A DNA stretch of 46,536 nucleotides, from IMG/VR virus record IMGVR_UViG_3300017754_002176, positions 1 through 46,536 of that record. The stretch is one strand, 5' to 3'. The translations under genes and the position numbers were made by a program. Of this stretch, positions 21,071 through 32,281 are shown piece by piece. The DNA is from a virus (taxonomy: Duplodnaviria > Caudoviricetes). How positions within the stretch are numbered: position 1 is the first letter of the stretch; the number at the start of each line of letters is the position of its first letter. The notes under the pieces were generated by a model, which was given only the letters and a program-made list of their open reading frames with translations, did not search any database and had not been told where the DNA came from.

Positions 21071-21483
21071 ACAAACCTTACATACTTCAGACCTCTCTGC
21101 TTATCGTAATACACCATAAGCTCATCGTCTGAGGTAGCACTTTCACGGGGAGGGCGACCTCCCCACTTTAGTGTTCCTTCAAGTTGATTCGCTTTGCCGT
21201 AGATAATACCATCCTCACACGCCCAAATTATTACGGGCGTTATCCTCTTGTCAACCAACTTGACAAGCTTCTTCGCTGATATAGGTAGAGGGTATGCATC
21301 ATGCATGGTTCTTATTCGACCCTTCACCTCAACGTATGAGATTAGTTTACCCTCCTTGTCAAAGACTTTGTAGTCTATATCGTGTGGGTCTAACTTTTTA
21401 AATGACCCTTCAAAAATCTTTACGAATACTTCAATTGCCTTCTTCTCCCTTATTAGGTCTTGCTCTGTTTCAAAAATCATCAT
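21067..21483 (-). CDS. PD-(D/E)XK-like nuclease
   Basis: DIDY...YVEVKGR catalytic-type motif. Confidence 0.55.
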   Translation of the reverse strand: MMIFETEQDLIREKKAIEVFVKIFEGSFKKLDPHDIDYKVFDKEGKLISYVEVKGRIRTMHDAYPLPISAKKLVKLVDKRITPVIIWACEDGIIYGKANQLEGTLKWGGRPPRESATSDDELMVYYDKQRGLKYVRFV

Positions 21484-21661
21484 CCTCCATTATTTTAATT
21501 GCTTCTCTAAGGTCTCGCATTAGCGATTTGATGTTAATCCGTGCGTCAATATATTGCTTGTCTACCAAATTATCGTAAATTTTAGTGACAAGGTCGTGGT
21601 ATCCCTCCGTCATAAACGAAATTCTTCGACCCCTTTCATATTGCTGCTCCTTATTCATCAA
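21470..21661 (-). CDS. Hypothetical protein
   Basis: 63-aa ORF overlapping its neighbours in operon style. Confidence 0.6.
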   Translation of the reverse strand: MMNKEQQYERGRRISFMTEGYHDLVTKIYDNLVDKQYIDARINIKSLMRDLREAIKIMEDDDF

Positions 21662-22175
21662 ACATGTTCCTTATTTTCCTTTCAATTATAAACTCATGAC
21701 CTACCGGAGTATTTTCGTCTATAAAATTAACAATTCTATTTAATCTTTTATCATTACCTGCCAAGTCTTTCTTCATATTTGCCATCTTTTCTTTCAACAA
21801 AGTGTTTTCATTTATCAGGTAGGCAATTTTAGTGCTTAATCTGAATATCTCATTCTTTAAATCATACTCTGTTGTCAACTCTTCAGTTGGCTGCTTCTCT
21901 AGTATAAACAACTCCCTGCACTTTGTATACTTACCTAGTATCTCAATATCTACATCCAATAGTTTATTTATTGTTCTAGTGTAGTGTATTATGGTGGTAT
22001 AATCTTTGCCTAAAAATGAACCTATTCTGTTCAGACTGTACCCATACTCTCTGAGTATCTTTGCAAAAATCATCCTTCCCTCTACTAAGTATCTCATTCT
22101 TTTCTTTGCAGTTACGTCTGTTACTAGAACCATATTTATAATATCACGTAGCACCTCTAAATCATTCCTTTCCAT
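21651..22175 (-). CDS. DnaA C-terminal (domain IV)-like HTH protein with coiled coil
   Basis: RMIFAKILREYGYSLNRIGSFLGKDYTTIIHY resembles the DnaA SLxxIG...DHTTVxH motif; start moved to MERND. Confidence 0.65.
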   Translation of the reverse strand: MERNDLEVLRDIINMVLVTDVTAKKRMRYLVEGRMIFAKILREYGYSLNRIGSFLGKDYTTIIHYTRTINKLLDVDIEILGKYTKCRELFILEKQPTEELTTEYDLKNEIFRLSTKIAYLINENTLLKEKMANMKKDLAGNDKRLNRIVNFIDENTPVGHEFIIERKIRNMFDE

Positions 22176-22404
22176 ACACTTCTGTTTTAATTCCGATTTG
22201 ATTAAGTTCTTTGATTCTAAATTCCTGCAACTTTGAAAGCTTTCCGCCCGGTCTTTTGATTTCGCTGAACAGCACGTCAGAGTTTGGTGGTATAGCAATG
22301 AGGTCAGGGATACCATTCTTATTAGTCCTAATAAGCTTAATAACGTAGTATCCCTGAGCCTCTAACTCCTTTATCCTCTTACTCTGTATCTGCTGCTCGG
22401 TCAT
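22162..22404 (-). CDS. VRR-NUC domain nuclease
   Basis: EQQIQ...GIPDL...FSEIKRPGGKLSKLQ. Confidence 0.8.
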   Translation of the reverse strand: MTEQQIQSKRIKELEAQGYYVIKLIRTNKNGIPDLIAIPPNSDVLFSEIKRPGGKLSKLQEFRIKELNQIGIKTEVYGKE

Positions 22405-25400
22405 AACTGTCCTTATAATATTTATTTAGCATATCAATATATGAATATCCAAAATAGATTTCTGCATTTTCTTCTGTATCATTCTCAATCATCCATTTAT
22501 GAAAGTCAATCATTTGATTATAAAACATTATACTTGCCTCCTCAATAAGTTCGGGTCTTATAAATGAGGAGTTAAGACAATCTGAATTTACTTCTTCAAC
22601 CAACCAATTTACTGCTGTTTGTTTTCCCATTGTGTATTAATTTCATTATCAAATAACTTAAGTCTATCTTTCAAATCGTTTATTCTATTGTCGTCTAATA
22701 TGTTAGACATTATACTATATAGCCAACTATTTTCCTGCATCTCAACAATGTCAGGGTTTACGGAAATCCTTGTTTTAATGTCTTCTATTATTTCATTTCC
22801 TAGAATAAGCATTCTGTCAAACTTCTCGTATACGTCTTCTGTTTGTGCCATAGTTTATTTGTTTATTTCTAATAATAGTTTGAATAGAACATAGGTTATA
22901 CCGAATACTAATACACTTGATGCTATAATTAATCCACCTCCGTGCTCTTCCATTATATCATTAAGTTTCCTAATATACCAATTAAATAGGTGTTGTATCA
23001 ATACGATGAATAGGCAAAGAGATATTGTTGCGATTGTTAGTGCCATGTTATTTGTATTTAGGTATGTCAATATCAAACTTATATATGCAAGTATGTTCTA
23101 CGTATTTGCTCATTAATAAAGCATATCTCTCTTGGTCTTCTTTTGATTCCGATGGGGTGTTGAAACTCAAAATACCATGTTTATTCCAATAGGCACATAC
23201 ATAAAAGGTTTTATTAGTGCTGATAGCTACCTCTTTTGCCTCTACTTTTATTATCTCAATGTCTGTTTGTTGTGCCATAGTTTATTTGTTTTGATTTAAT
23301 TGTCCTTGCATCCACAATGCACCTCTTGAAAATCCATCGGTGAAAGTGCATTCATTTGTTAAGTCAAAGTTGTCTTTGTTGTACAACTTCCAATCATCAA
23401 ATCTCTTCATTGCTATTTCTTCTTTAGTTACCACTACGCTTGGAATATAATGTGGTATTGAATTAGTTCTTTCTATACTTTCAAGTGATTCTAATTGTTC
23501 TTCTAATGCTTCTATTTTTGCATCAATGCAGAGTTTATTGTTTCTTAATCTTTTAAGTTCAGTTCTCGTGTCTTCTATTGCTCTTTCTATTTTGTTCATG
23601 GTCTTTGTTTTTGTAATTATCACTTCTATACTTATCAATAAGTCGCTCAGCAGCTGCCTTTAAACCATCAATACTATTGCTACTACTCAGCTCTTCTTCT
23701 GTTACCCAAACTTCAGTAGATTTAATAGTGTTATTAAGATAGTCCACGTATTCCAATTTAAGTTTATAGTACATGTTTACTTGTATTTACCCACCCATTG
23801 TACTCCTTGGGCGGTGGTGATTGTTTTGGGTTTAAGTTCATGTTCACTATAAGTTATACTGTAATCAACTTCTTTAGTTACTGTGAAGTCTACCATCTCA
23901 CACTCAAACTCTGTTGGGTATTGGTGGAGGGATTGGATGTATTCATCAAACCATACTGTATAGTTTTTAATAGCCTTAATTATCTCCCAAGCAGTAGGAT
24001 TTGTTGTTGGTAATATACCGACAAGAGTATTCCTAAGAATTGTAATATCCTTCTCTGTGTACTTATACTTCTCACGGGCAACTTGATAACCTTCTTTATG
24101 ACCTTCTTCCCAACCATCCATCCAAGTCTTTATCTCTCTACCATCTCTACAATGATATTCAGGAAAGGGTATAAGTATCTCAACATCATCCTCAATAGGT
24201 GGTAGTAAGTCTACACCTTCAAGGATGGGTGAACCGTTGAGTGGGAGGTGGGCAATGATTTTTTTGTAATCAGAAGATGTGTTGTAATGATGTCGTTTAT
24301 ATACTTGTGATGGATATTCTTTATTCCAATAGTAATCACCTACTTCAATCCCCGAATCATCTACTACCAATAGGTAGTTGTCTGTTTTAATCAGTTTGTG
24401 TGTCATTTTATCTTCTTTTAAATGTTAGGTCATAGTTTTCAATACCTCTTAAATACATTTCTTTCAGCAATTGTTGTTCAATCTGTCTTGCTTTCTTAAA
24501 TATTGCTTCAAATTTGGAATCATCCATTTGTGATAGTTCTTTGGGGAATTGGTCTTGTAATTCATATAGTAACCAATTGACTGCTGTCTCACCGCCAGAT
24601 TCACCTAACATAAATTCATGCTGTTGTGCCATAGTTTATTTGTCTTGATTGTTATTCATTTCTTCTATCAGGTCAAACATAGAGTTAAAGGCATCCATTT
24701 CAGTCTTGCCAAATGTATGTATCCATACTCCTTTTCTTTTTACTGAACACTTGTAATCTCCATCAGCATCTTGTTTTATTATACAAGTGCTGAAGTCTTG
24801 GTATATCATTTGTTTTTCTATTTTAATTCTGTTCTTGCAACCATAGCATCTAGTCTATCAAATGCATCTGCTAGTTGTATGAAAGCTCTTTTCCAATATG
24901 AATCCATTGCTGGAGTCATTGAATGAGAAAGGGCAGCTTGTCTCATTTCTATTAGAAATTCTCTGTTTGAAAAATCAATAGTTTCAAACACTTTTGTGTT
25001 GTTGTTACTTGTTTCCATTTTTATTTTGTTTTTGTATGAAGAGGATGTCTAAATTTTGGTAGTCCACAAATTTTACATTGAGAGGTTGTTTCATCTTCTT
25101 CAAACAAATGAAAGTTTGATATGGATGTATTTGCAGTTGAAGAAACTTGTATCTGTTGTGGACAATACGAACATTGATTTGTGTATGGAGAATACACCCT
25201 TCTGCATTTAGGGCATTCCCATCCTGAATTTTGTGACATATTATTTGTTTTTGTAAAGTTATTTAATCATCGTGTCGGTTAGGTGCGCACTTATACGCAT
25301 TTTTTTTAAATCTTTATCCAATCTTTCAAGGAACGACTCCTCGCCATCATCTCCTGACAGTAGCCAATCTATCCTGTGAGCATACACCTCAGCTATCCTT

Positions 25401-26485
25401 AAATACTTGACAGCTAACTTGAACCTTTCGATAACCTCATCGGGATATTTGTAGTGACACAGGTCTTCAGGATACTTCTTATACCATTCATCGCCATGCC
25501 ATGACTCTTCCTTGAGTTCTTGCCTAGTTTTTGGCTTGCCACTCATCTCTATGGCTTTCTCGATAGTTTCAGCTATGTAGCCTATCTTATATTGGTCGTA
25601 GTTGAATCTTCCTCCGCTCATAGTTTTTCTATTTCTTGTTTTACTTCCATCCAAAATAAATACTTATTCCCGTAGTAAGTGCCTTTTGGGTATATTGGAG
25701 TATTATACTCATTAAGCAATTCATCTACTGCAACCAATGCACATTGTTTTGCATACTGATTTCTATTCAAATGAGTGCTATCGCTTATACTCATTGATTT
25801 TACAAGGCTAATTGCTTTTTCTTGTGGTGTCATATTGTTTATTTGTTATAGGTTTCGTTAAATGTTTCATTGTAATAGGCTTCAGCATATTCATTCTTAT
25901 AATCAATTAATGATTGACCATCTAAATGAGCATCTTTCAAATTGTCCTTTTCAATCTGAAGAAATCTGCCGAAATCCTCGTGACCATGAAATTTAATTGA
26001 ACCATCTTCCTGTCTGCGTTCAACCAAGATAAAATTCAATAATTGCATAACCGCACTCATTGGTTTTTTCCTTACTTCTACTGATGGTTTCCAAGAGATT
26101 GTTGTTGTTCCTGTCTGATTCATGTTATTTGTTTTTTGTAAAGTTGATTAAATAATTGTGCAATAGACTACGCATTTATACGCATTTTTATTGTGCCATG
26201 TTATTTGTTAAAGGTTTCGTTATAATAAATTTCAAACATTGGTTTATCTATTTCATTCTCCTTGCCTCTCCAAAATGATGCACACTTATGCATATTATCT
26301 TTCTCCATTTCCTTTGCTTGTTGAACAGTGTAGTCGTATCCTTCAAGCTCAAGTTCTTTAACCAACCAATCAACTGCAGTCAACGATTTGTTGATTTCAT
26401 TTTCTATCTCAAGAGCAGTGGGGGCGTATTCACGCCCCTTTGTTCTTGTTATTTTATCGTGTGCTTTTTTTATCAACTTTTCCAT
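22379..26485 (-). other. Array of about 17 short hypothetical genes (22379-22630, 22609-22851, 22855-23046, 23048-23278, 23282-23599, 23559-23774, 23777-24406, 24408-24632, 24636-24809, 24818-25018, 25021-25239, 25259-25621, 25618-25833, 25839-26123, 26201-26485 and others)
   Basis: Tightly packed co-oriented ORFs; several share a TAV(N/D)WL motif or MAQ starts and NK* ends. Confidence 0.7.
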
Positions 26486-26495
26486 GATATTTGTT

Positions 26496-26654
26496 TTAAA
26501 TTAATCCGTACAAATCTGAATACTTGTCAACCTTTTTAATCTTTTTAATCTTCTCGCAAACTTTACAATAGACGGCTAACTTGTCTAACCTTGTATTGCT
26601 TTTGTGAAATTCTGTCTTCGGTTTTTCTTCTTTACATCTTGGACACTTCTTCAT
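26496..26654 (-). CDS. Small zinc-finger protein, 52 aa
   Basis: MKKCPRCKEEK...YCKVC, two CxxC pairs; below the ORF-track length cutoff. Confidence 0.65.
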   Translation of the reverse strand: MKKCPRCKEEKPKTEFHKSNTRLDKLAVYCKVCEKIKKIKKVDKYSDLYGLI

Positions 26655-26666
26655 TTTGAAAATGTT

Positions 26667-27173
26667 TTAATAAAAAATTGCATTTAAATTATTGCTGTAA
26701 ATATTATTTAATTTTTGACTTACCTGAGTCAATGATATTTTTTTATATTTAGAAAAATCTCCCATGGATTTAAATACTTTATTTGTCTTTAAACATAATA
26801 CTTTTTTATTAAGTCTTTCTTTTAATTGTTTTTTTTGTTTTTCTGTATATTTCCTTGGTTTGAATTTATCTGATAAAACAAAGTGAATTCTATTTTCACT
26901 TGATGATACCCATTCTAAATTAGATGCACTATTGTTATACCTATTTAAGTCTTTGTGGTTTACACAGTCTTTACCTTTTTGTTTTTTACAGAAAGCGTCT
27001 GCAACTAATCTGTGTACATAATGCGATTTCCTTTTATTGTTGTTATATAAAAGAACCATCATGTATCTGCCTGCAACTACATTAACAAGATGTTTGTTTC
27101 TTTTTATATTTAGTATCATACCCGTGTCTGATACCATATAGTTTTCATATCCTTCAATTTTTTTATAGTTCAT
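26667..27173 (-). CDS. HNH homing endonuclease (NUMOD4-HNH type)
   Basis: YENYMVSDTG, YVHRLVA and VNHKDLNRYNNSASNLEW motifs; visibly more AT-rich than its flanks. Confidence 0.85.
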   Translation of the reverse strand: MNYKKIEGYENYMVSDTGMILNIKRNKHLVNVVAGRYMMVLLYNNNKRKSHYVHRLVADAFCKKQKGKDCVNHKDLNRYNNSASNLEWVSSSENRIHFVLSDKFKPRKYTEKQKKQLKERLNKKVLCLKTNKVFKSMGDFSKYKKISLTQVSQKLNNIYSNNLNAIFY

Positions 27174-28629
27174 TGTTGTTATTTATTGTTTTTGAAAAGT
27201 GAGATAATGTGAAATCTTTCTTTTTAGTAACTGCTTTGTATATATCTTCCTCAATTCCACCCTTTGAGAACACCCAATAGACATGGTTAAACTTCCTGTC
27301 CTTGGTGGTCATCCTGTCCTTGCTCTGCCAATAACTCGTAGCACTGAAGTCAATGTTGTAGTACACCAAGTAGTCGGCTTCCTTCAAGCTGATGCCCTCC
27401 CTACCTGAAACAATCTGCAAAGCTATGTTTTTATTCGTGTCTTCAAAGACACTTAGCTCAGTAGTTAGCTCGTCACCGAATACCTGCTTCAATGCTTCCA
27501 ACTCCTCCTTGAACTTATAAAAGATTCCAATCTTACAATCAGTAAAATGGTTCTTGATAAACTCAGCCTTGGTGGTATCAACAATCATTGACGCACCACT
27601 CTCAAACTTAATTGTCCCTGAGCAAAGCTGATGAACCTTCATCATAAGTTTAACGGGAGTGTCGGCAAGTATCACCTCAGTCTTGCCCTCTATAACCAAG
27701 TCCTTCTTGAGTCTTTTAATCATGCTGTAAGTTGACGGCTTCATATCAACATACAACACCTCCTCAATAGTCTTAGCCAAGAACCCTGCTTGAGCCTGCG
27801 TGTAGTTAATGGTATACGGCTTCATCAATTCAATGATAGTATCCAATCCGTTTGAGTAGTCATTGACAAGCATACCATTTACCTTACGCTGCTTGACCTT
27901 AACGTAGGTCTGTGCAAACTTATAAAAGTTACGGCATCCTTGAAATGGATTTCCCGGTATGCCATACACTTGATGGTACATCTGTGAGTATGACTCAGGC
28001 GTTGGAGTGCCCGACAGAAGGATAACCATTGAGTCATTCTTATCAATCAAATCTTTTACCGCCTCTGCTCTGTTACTTGGTTTAGGAAACGCACCCATGC
28101 CATGAGCCTCGTCACAGATTACCAAGTCCCAATTTGTATCGGGGTCAATGGTATGCAGACTTTCATAGTTTATCACACATAGAGAAAATGATGGTGATAG
28201 CAACTCAAAGTCTAAGAGAATAGAACTGATAGCCTTCTTCTTGGTTATGAACAGAACATTGTCTGCGTTAATCTTGTCAGCAATGCCAAGACTCGTCAAT
28301 GTTTTTCCCGTTCTAACTTCCATCGCAAGGTATAGGAACCTGTTTTTAAGCAGGATTCCTACACCATTCTCTATAATCTGCAACTGATAATCTCTGAACT
28401 CAACACGACCAATCTTCTCATGAAGGCTTTTGTAATACTCGCAACTATCTACAATACGTTGAACCTCTTCGTTGCTGTTTGAATACTTCTTAACCTTTAC
28501 AGTCTCCTTTGTCTTGCCTCGTCCTACGATGGTATCCTTTGTTGTCATCATTATTGTTTTTAAACTCTCGCAATATTGCCACATATCGTAGTCACTATAC
28601 CCAAGGTTTCTATCAATCAGCTTCTTCAT
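27163..28629 (-). CDS. Superfamily 2 (SNF2-like) helicase
   Basis: MEVRTGKT Walker A, DEAH, LSGTP, GREGISL and QSKDR motifs. Confidence 0.85.
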   Translation of the reverse strand: MKKLIDRNLGYSDYDMWQYCESLKTIMMTTKDTIVGRGKTKETVKVKKYSNSNEEVQRIVDSCEYYKSLHEKIGRVEFRDYQLQIIENGVGILLKNRFLYLAMEVRTGKTLTSLGIADKINADNVLFITKKKAISSILLDFELLSPSFSLCVINYESLHTIDPDTNWDLVICDEAHGMGAFPKPSNRAEAVKDLIDKNDSMVILLSGTPTPESYSQMYHQVYGIPGNPFQGCRNFYKFAQTYVKVKQRKVNGMLVNDYSNGLDTIIELMKPYTINYTQAQAGFLAKTIEEVLYVDMKPSTYSMIKRLKKDLVIEGKTEVILADTPVKLMMKVHQLCSGTIKFESGASMIVDTTKAEFIKNHFTDCKIGIFYKFKEELEALKQVFGDELTTELSVFEDTNKNIALQIVSGREGISLKEADYLVYYNIDFSATSYWQSKDRMTTKDRKFNHVYWVFSKGGIEEDIYKAVTKKKDFTLSHFSKTINNNNEL

Positions 28630-31033
28630 CCTGCTCCTTTTTCTTATGAATTATTATCCACCTACCCGTCAAATCCCTTCCTTCTTCCGGAACTGAGTTC
28701 TCTTTGAAGATGCCATACGATATTAACCACTTGTAGAACCTAGTCCTGCTGATGGTCATCTTGGCTTTTGGTCCGTAGTCAGGATACTCGCTGATGAACT
28801 CGTAGTACAAGTCTTGCTTGTACAACCTAACACCAACCTCCAAGCTTGTATTCTTTACTTGACCCTCAACCAATCCGCACCACTCAATGAAGTCATGGCA
28901 GGTCTCCGCTGACAACTGACGAATCTTTAAGTTGACAAACTTAGACTTGACCAATCCCGTCCTCAAGTAGTTCTTTAGACTACCTATCATATAGTTATCA
29001 AACTCACACCAATCGTCATCGTTCCAATCTCCAAACATCAACTTGCCAAACTCATCCAATGGCGTGAATGCCTTGGTATAATATTGGTGCAACTCCAACT
29101 CCCACTTGCGTCTTGCAAATGAATTGCCTGACCCCTTGATGGCATAGTTCGTGGTTATGGCAATCTTGGGAGACTTGCTGAATGGTATCTTGATGGCATC
29201 CTTGTTCTTCTTCTCAAGAGTCAACCCTTCAGTGACTACGCTGAACAGACGCTCGAAGTCGAAGTGTTTCTTCACATCATCAAAGCAAAGTATCTGAGTG
29301 TCAGCAGACACCAACTGATAGGCAAAGCTTCTCTCAAACGTGAATGACTTACCATCTATAACCACCAACTTCTTCATCTTGCTGAGGGCGTTCATAATCA
29401 ATCCCTTACCCGTACCACCTTCAGGGTTGTCGCTAATGACCTCGTCATTCAGAATCACTGCCGGACAGAATGATAGGTTCTTGTACCCGTGAAGTAGGAA
29501 TCCAATCGTGCTCTCCATTGCCTTTACCCTGCTATCATCACCACCGCAAATGTTCTTTATGAATCTCTTGAAGTCGCAGTTTCCGGTGACATCGCACATG
29601 GAAAAGTTCCTATCAATCACATGGTCTTTCCACACGTAACCGCCAAGGTCAAGATAATCTATCGTAATAACCTCATCCTTGGTAATCTTAACCGCACAAT
29701 TCTTGTAGTACAAGTAGGCTGAGTCCTTGGTATCCTCAATAAAGTAGATGTCAATCGTACTCAGCATTGACAAGAACTCCTCCTTAAAGAATCTCGTATT
29801 GTCAGCGAAGTAATTGTATACCGCCACATCATCCAACTCAAGCAAGTGCCCAAGCACGTAGTCCTTAATCTCCTTGTCTGAGGTATGGTCAATCAAGTTG
29901 TTAGTAACTTTTACAAACACGTAGTTCTTGCCACCTTCAGGACAATACTTGTAGAATCCGCTGTCCTCCAAGAATTGTTTGAACAAGATATGTACGATTT
30001 TTATAACTCCTCTATCGTTCCTGTCCCAAAATGTCTGCTTCGCATTCTCTTCCTCAACCTTATTTAGTACAGCGTCAATAGTCTCGCTATCCAAGTTGGA
30101 GTCTTGCAATTGGTAGCGAATCTCTTTTTTTGATACACCTCTCCTCAACTTCGCTTTGATTTGGTTTACCCTCTCCTCATCCTCGTAGTACTTCGTACCG
30201 AAGTTTGCAGTATGCTTGTATGCTGAGTCAATCGTTGTCTGAATCTCACGAAGTGGGAAGTCATCCGTTGCGAATTGGTTCAGCACGTAGGAGGCAAGGC
30301 TCTTGTTAATCCCAAAGTCATTGAACGCCATAGCCAAGATGTAGGCATTGTGGTTACGCTGACCCTCAGCCATTGGGTACTTCTTCTGCCACCACTTGAC
30401 AAGTATCTCAACTATCTTGTTCTCGTCAGTGATTGGTATGGTTGCTTGGTCTCTGTACTTGCTCACCTCCGTGTACTCAGCATCCTCAATCGTATCCCAA
30501 ATTGACGAATTCTCGTTAACGTGAATTAGAGGGTCATAGGACTCGTAACAGACTCGGCTAAGGTTCTTACTCGTCTTATCGAAATAAGGCGAATTAAACG
30601 CCTTTTCTAGGCTATTAAAGTAGTTTGTATGGTTGTCAACATCAGCAGGTATCTTGACCAAGACTTTTAGACCATTACCCGAAGGTGAAATGAAGACGGA
30701 GAAAACATATTTATTTTTTGATAATGTCTCCTTGTCTTGAAGTAGTTCCTTCTGCTTCTGATACCCATCAAAGTCAAGGCATATTAAACCACTATGCTCA
30801 ATGATGGAAGAGTCTGACCGCTTGGAGAATGTACCGCTGAAACAAACAGCAGGGAGTAGCTTCTTAATCTCGTTACGCTCCTGCTTACCCTTCTCCTGCC
30901 TAATCTTCTTCACCAACTCTTTACTTGCCCCACTCTTAACCCTATCAAGGATTACCCGTACATCTCTGTAGAACGGAGTCTCTGTTTCCTTGATATTTTG
31001 GAATATAGTTATGTTGTATGTCGATAATGTCAT
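28613..31033 (-). CDS. Primase-helicase (BT4734/VirE_N-like primase domain, primase C-terminal domain, P-loop helicase)
   Basis: KKLLPAVCFSG...SGLICLDFD...FISPSGNGLK, EGQRN, GGTGKG Walker A, LCFDD Walker B. Confidence 0.8.
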   Translation of the reverse strand: MTLSTYNITIFQNIKETETPFYRDVRVILDRVKSGASKELVKKIRQEKGKQERNEIKKLLPAVCFSGTFSKRSDSSIIEHSGLICLDFDGYQKQKELLQDKETLSKNKYVFSVFISPSGNGLKVLVKIPADVDNHTNYFNSLEKAFNSPYFDKTSKNLSRVCYESYDPLIHVNENSSIWDTIEDAEYTEVSKYRDQATIPITDENKIVEILVKWWQKKYPMAEGQRNHNAYILAMAFNDFGINKSLASYVLNQFATDDFPLREIQTTIDSAYKHTANFGTKYYEDEERVNQIKAKLRRGVSKKEIRYQLQDSNLDSETIDAVLNKVEEENAKQTFWDRNDRGVIKIVHILFKQFLEDSGFYKYCPEGGKNYVFVKVTNNLIDHTSDKEIKDYVLGHLLELDDVAVYNYFADNTRFFKEEFLSMLSTIDIYFIEDTKDSAYLYYKNCAVKITKDEVITIDYLDLGGYVWKDHVIDRNFSMCDVTGNCDFKRFIKNICGGDDSRVKAMESTIGFLLHGYKNLSFCPAVILNDEVISDNPEGGTGKGLIMNALSKMKKLVVIDGKSFTFERSFAYQLVSADTQILCFDDVKKHFDFERLFSVVTEGLTLEKKNKDAIKIPFSKSPKIAITTNYAIKGSGNSFARRKWELELHQYYTKAFTPLDEFGKLMFGDWNDDDWCEFDNYMIGSLKNYLRTGLVKSKFVNLKIRQLSAETCHDFIEWCGLVEGQVKNTSLEVGVRLYKQDLYYEFISEYPDYGPKAKMTISRTRFYKWLISYGIFKENSVPEEGRDLTGRWIIIHKKKEQDEEAD

Positions 31034-31042
31034 GGCTATGTC

Positions 31043-31174
31043 GATTTTATGTCGTTTTTTCTTTTATAACTACTTGATAATGAACCACCTGATAGTTTAT
31101 GTCAATTATTTTCTTCCTTTCTATTTAAAAAAATAATAATAATAATAGAGAATATATATATATATAGGGAAGGA
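31043..31174. repeat. Origin-like AT-rich element, copy 1
   Basis: TATGTC repeats, IHF-like TAACTACTTGATA and (AT)n tract ending GGGAAGGA; homologous to 42566-42699. Confidence 0.65.
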
Positions 31175-31204
31175 AGAGTTTGTCATGTCTGTCATGGTAT
31201 AGTG

Positions 31205-31241
31205 CCAAAAAAAGGGGGACAAGTCCCCCTGTTTTTTTTGG
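31205..31241. terminator. Bidirectional terminator-like hairpin
   Basis: A run, GGGGGAC-AA-GTCCCCT, T run. Confidence 0.65.
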
Positions 31242-31250
31242 TATTGGATT

Positions 31251-31520
31251 TTAGAACGGGACATCTTCAAATGAATCGTCTGCCTGCTTGGGAGCAGGTG
31301 CTTGACCCTTTCCTTTTGGCTCGAAGGTGTCCAACTCCATGTAGAAGTTACCGCTGCGTGCAGTCTTCACATCCATGTTTACCCATCCACTCTTGTCATG
31401 CTTACGCAAGAAGGCAATGGCTTCATCAACCTTTACTGATACCCTGCCAACCACGAAGTCGGGGGCTTTCTCGTTTCTCTTGAAAATAAATCCGTCTGCG
31501 AATACTTTTTCCTTTTCCAT
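31251..31520 (-). CDS. Putative single-stranded DNA-binding protein
   Basis: 89 aa with acidic tail ending DDSFEDVPF; next to recombination genes. Confidence 0.6.
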   Translation of the reverse strand: MEKEKVFADGFIFKRNEKAPDFVVGRVSVKVDEAIAFLRKHDKSGWVNMDVKTARSGNFYMELDTFEPKGKGQAPAPKQADDSFEDVPF

Positions 31521-31544
31521 GTTATCTGTTTTAAATTTTAAAAA

Positions 31545-32279
31545 TTAATCAAGAACCTCGTCAATGTAGTGATTGTCAATGTCATCGCTTGAGTCGGTTC
31601 CAAAGTACCTTTCGTACACCTCAATTGCCTTCTCAACCTTTAGTTCCCCACCACGGATGAAGTTCTCCGATGGTCTGAAGATGCCAAGCTGAGCCGTAGC
31701 CTTGTCAATTACGTAGAATACCAATGGCTTACCGAACAACTGCTGATAGATGTAGCACTGAGAATCATAATTGTAAGCCTTGGCTGACCACTTGAACTTG
31801 TTGATGTCTGATGTGGTCTTCAAGTCAATTATCGAATCATGTGTTACGATGTCAGCCTTGCCTTTCCATTGCTTCCCCTTGATGTCAGCTATCATCGGTT
31901 GCTCGTAGATGTTACCCGACCTATAGATTTCATCGAAGAATGTGATATTTTTCTTCATTGTACCTACAAGGGTATTGATTTCCTCAACCTCCTTGGTCAG
32001 AAGGCAGAACTCAAGTCCATTGTCCGAACAAAAAGTTTTATATTCCTTCGTGGTTCGGGTGCTTACATCAACGTGTGGCACGTTTACAGCCTTCTCAGGC
32101 TCGATTAACAGCTGATGGAATAGTCTACCCTCAGCGAAGGTCTTATTGTCCTCCCTATGGGCTCTAAAGTTCTTAGGATTTGAAAGCAAAGCACCGATGT
32201 CTGAATTGCTAAGGTAGTACTTACCAATTCCTTGGTAGTACTCCTTATCGTCATTAAGCTTTTCGATTATGTCCTGCAT
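31545..32279 (-). CDS. RecE/exonuclease VIII-like PD-(D/E)XK exonuclease
   Basis: GRLFH, KGKADI, IIDLKTT and YNYDSQCYIY motifs. Confidence 0.8.
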   Translation of the reverse strand: MQDIIEKLNDDKEYYQGIGKYYLSNSDIGALLSNPKNFRAHREDNKTFAEGRLFHQLLIEPEKAVNVPHVDVSTRTTKEYKTFCSDNGLEFCLLTKEVEEINTLVGTMKKNITFFDEIYRSGNIYEQPMIADIKGKQWKGKADIVTHDSIIDLKTTSDINKFKWSAKAYNYDSQCYIYQQLFGKPLVFYVIDKATAQLGIFRPSENFIRGGELKVEKAIEVYERYFGTDSSDDIDNHYIDEVLD

Positions 32280-32281
32280 GA

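Noticed and set aside
26667-27173. HNH gene as part of a group I intron
   Set aside because: Flanking genes appear intact and there is no room for intron core elements, so it is treated as free-standing
29298-29311. GTGTC-AGCA-GACAC as another palindrome copy
   Set aside because: 4-bp rather than 6-bp spacer, and it does not fit YTYRAR
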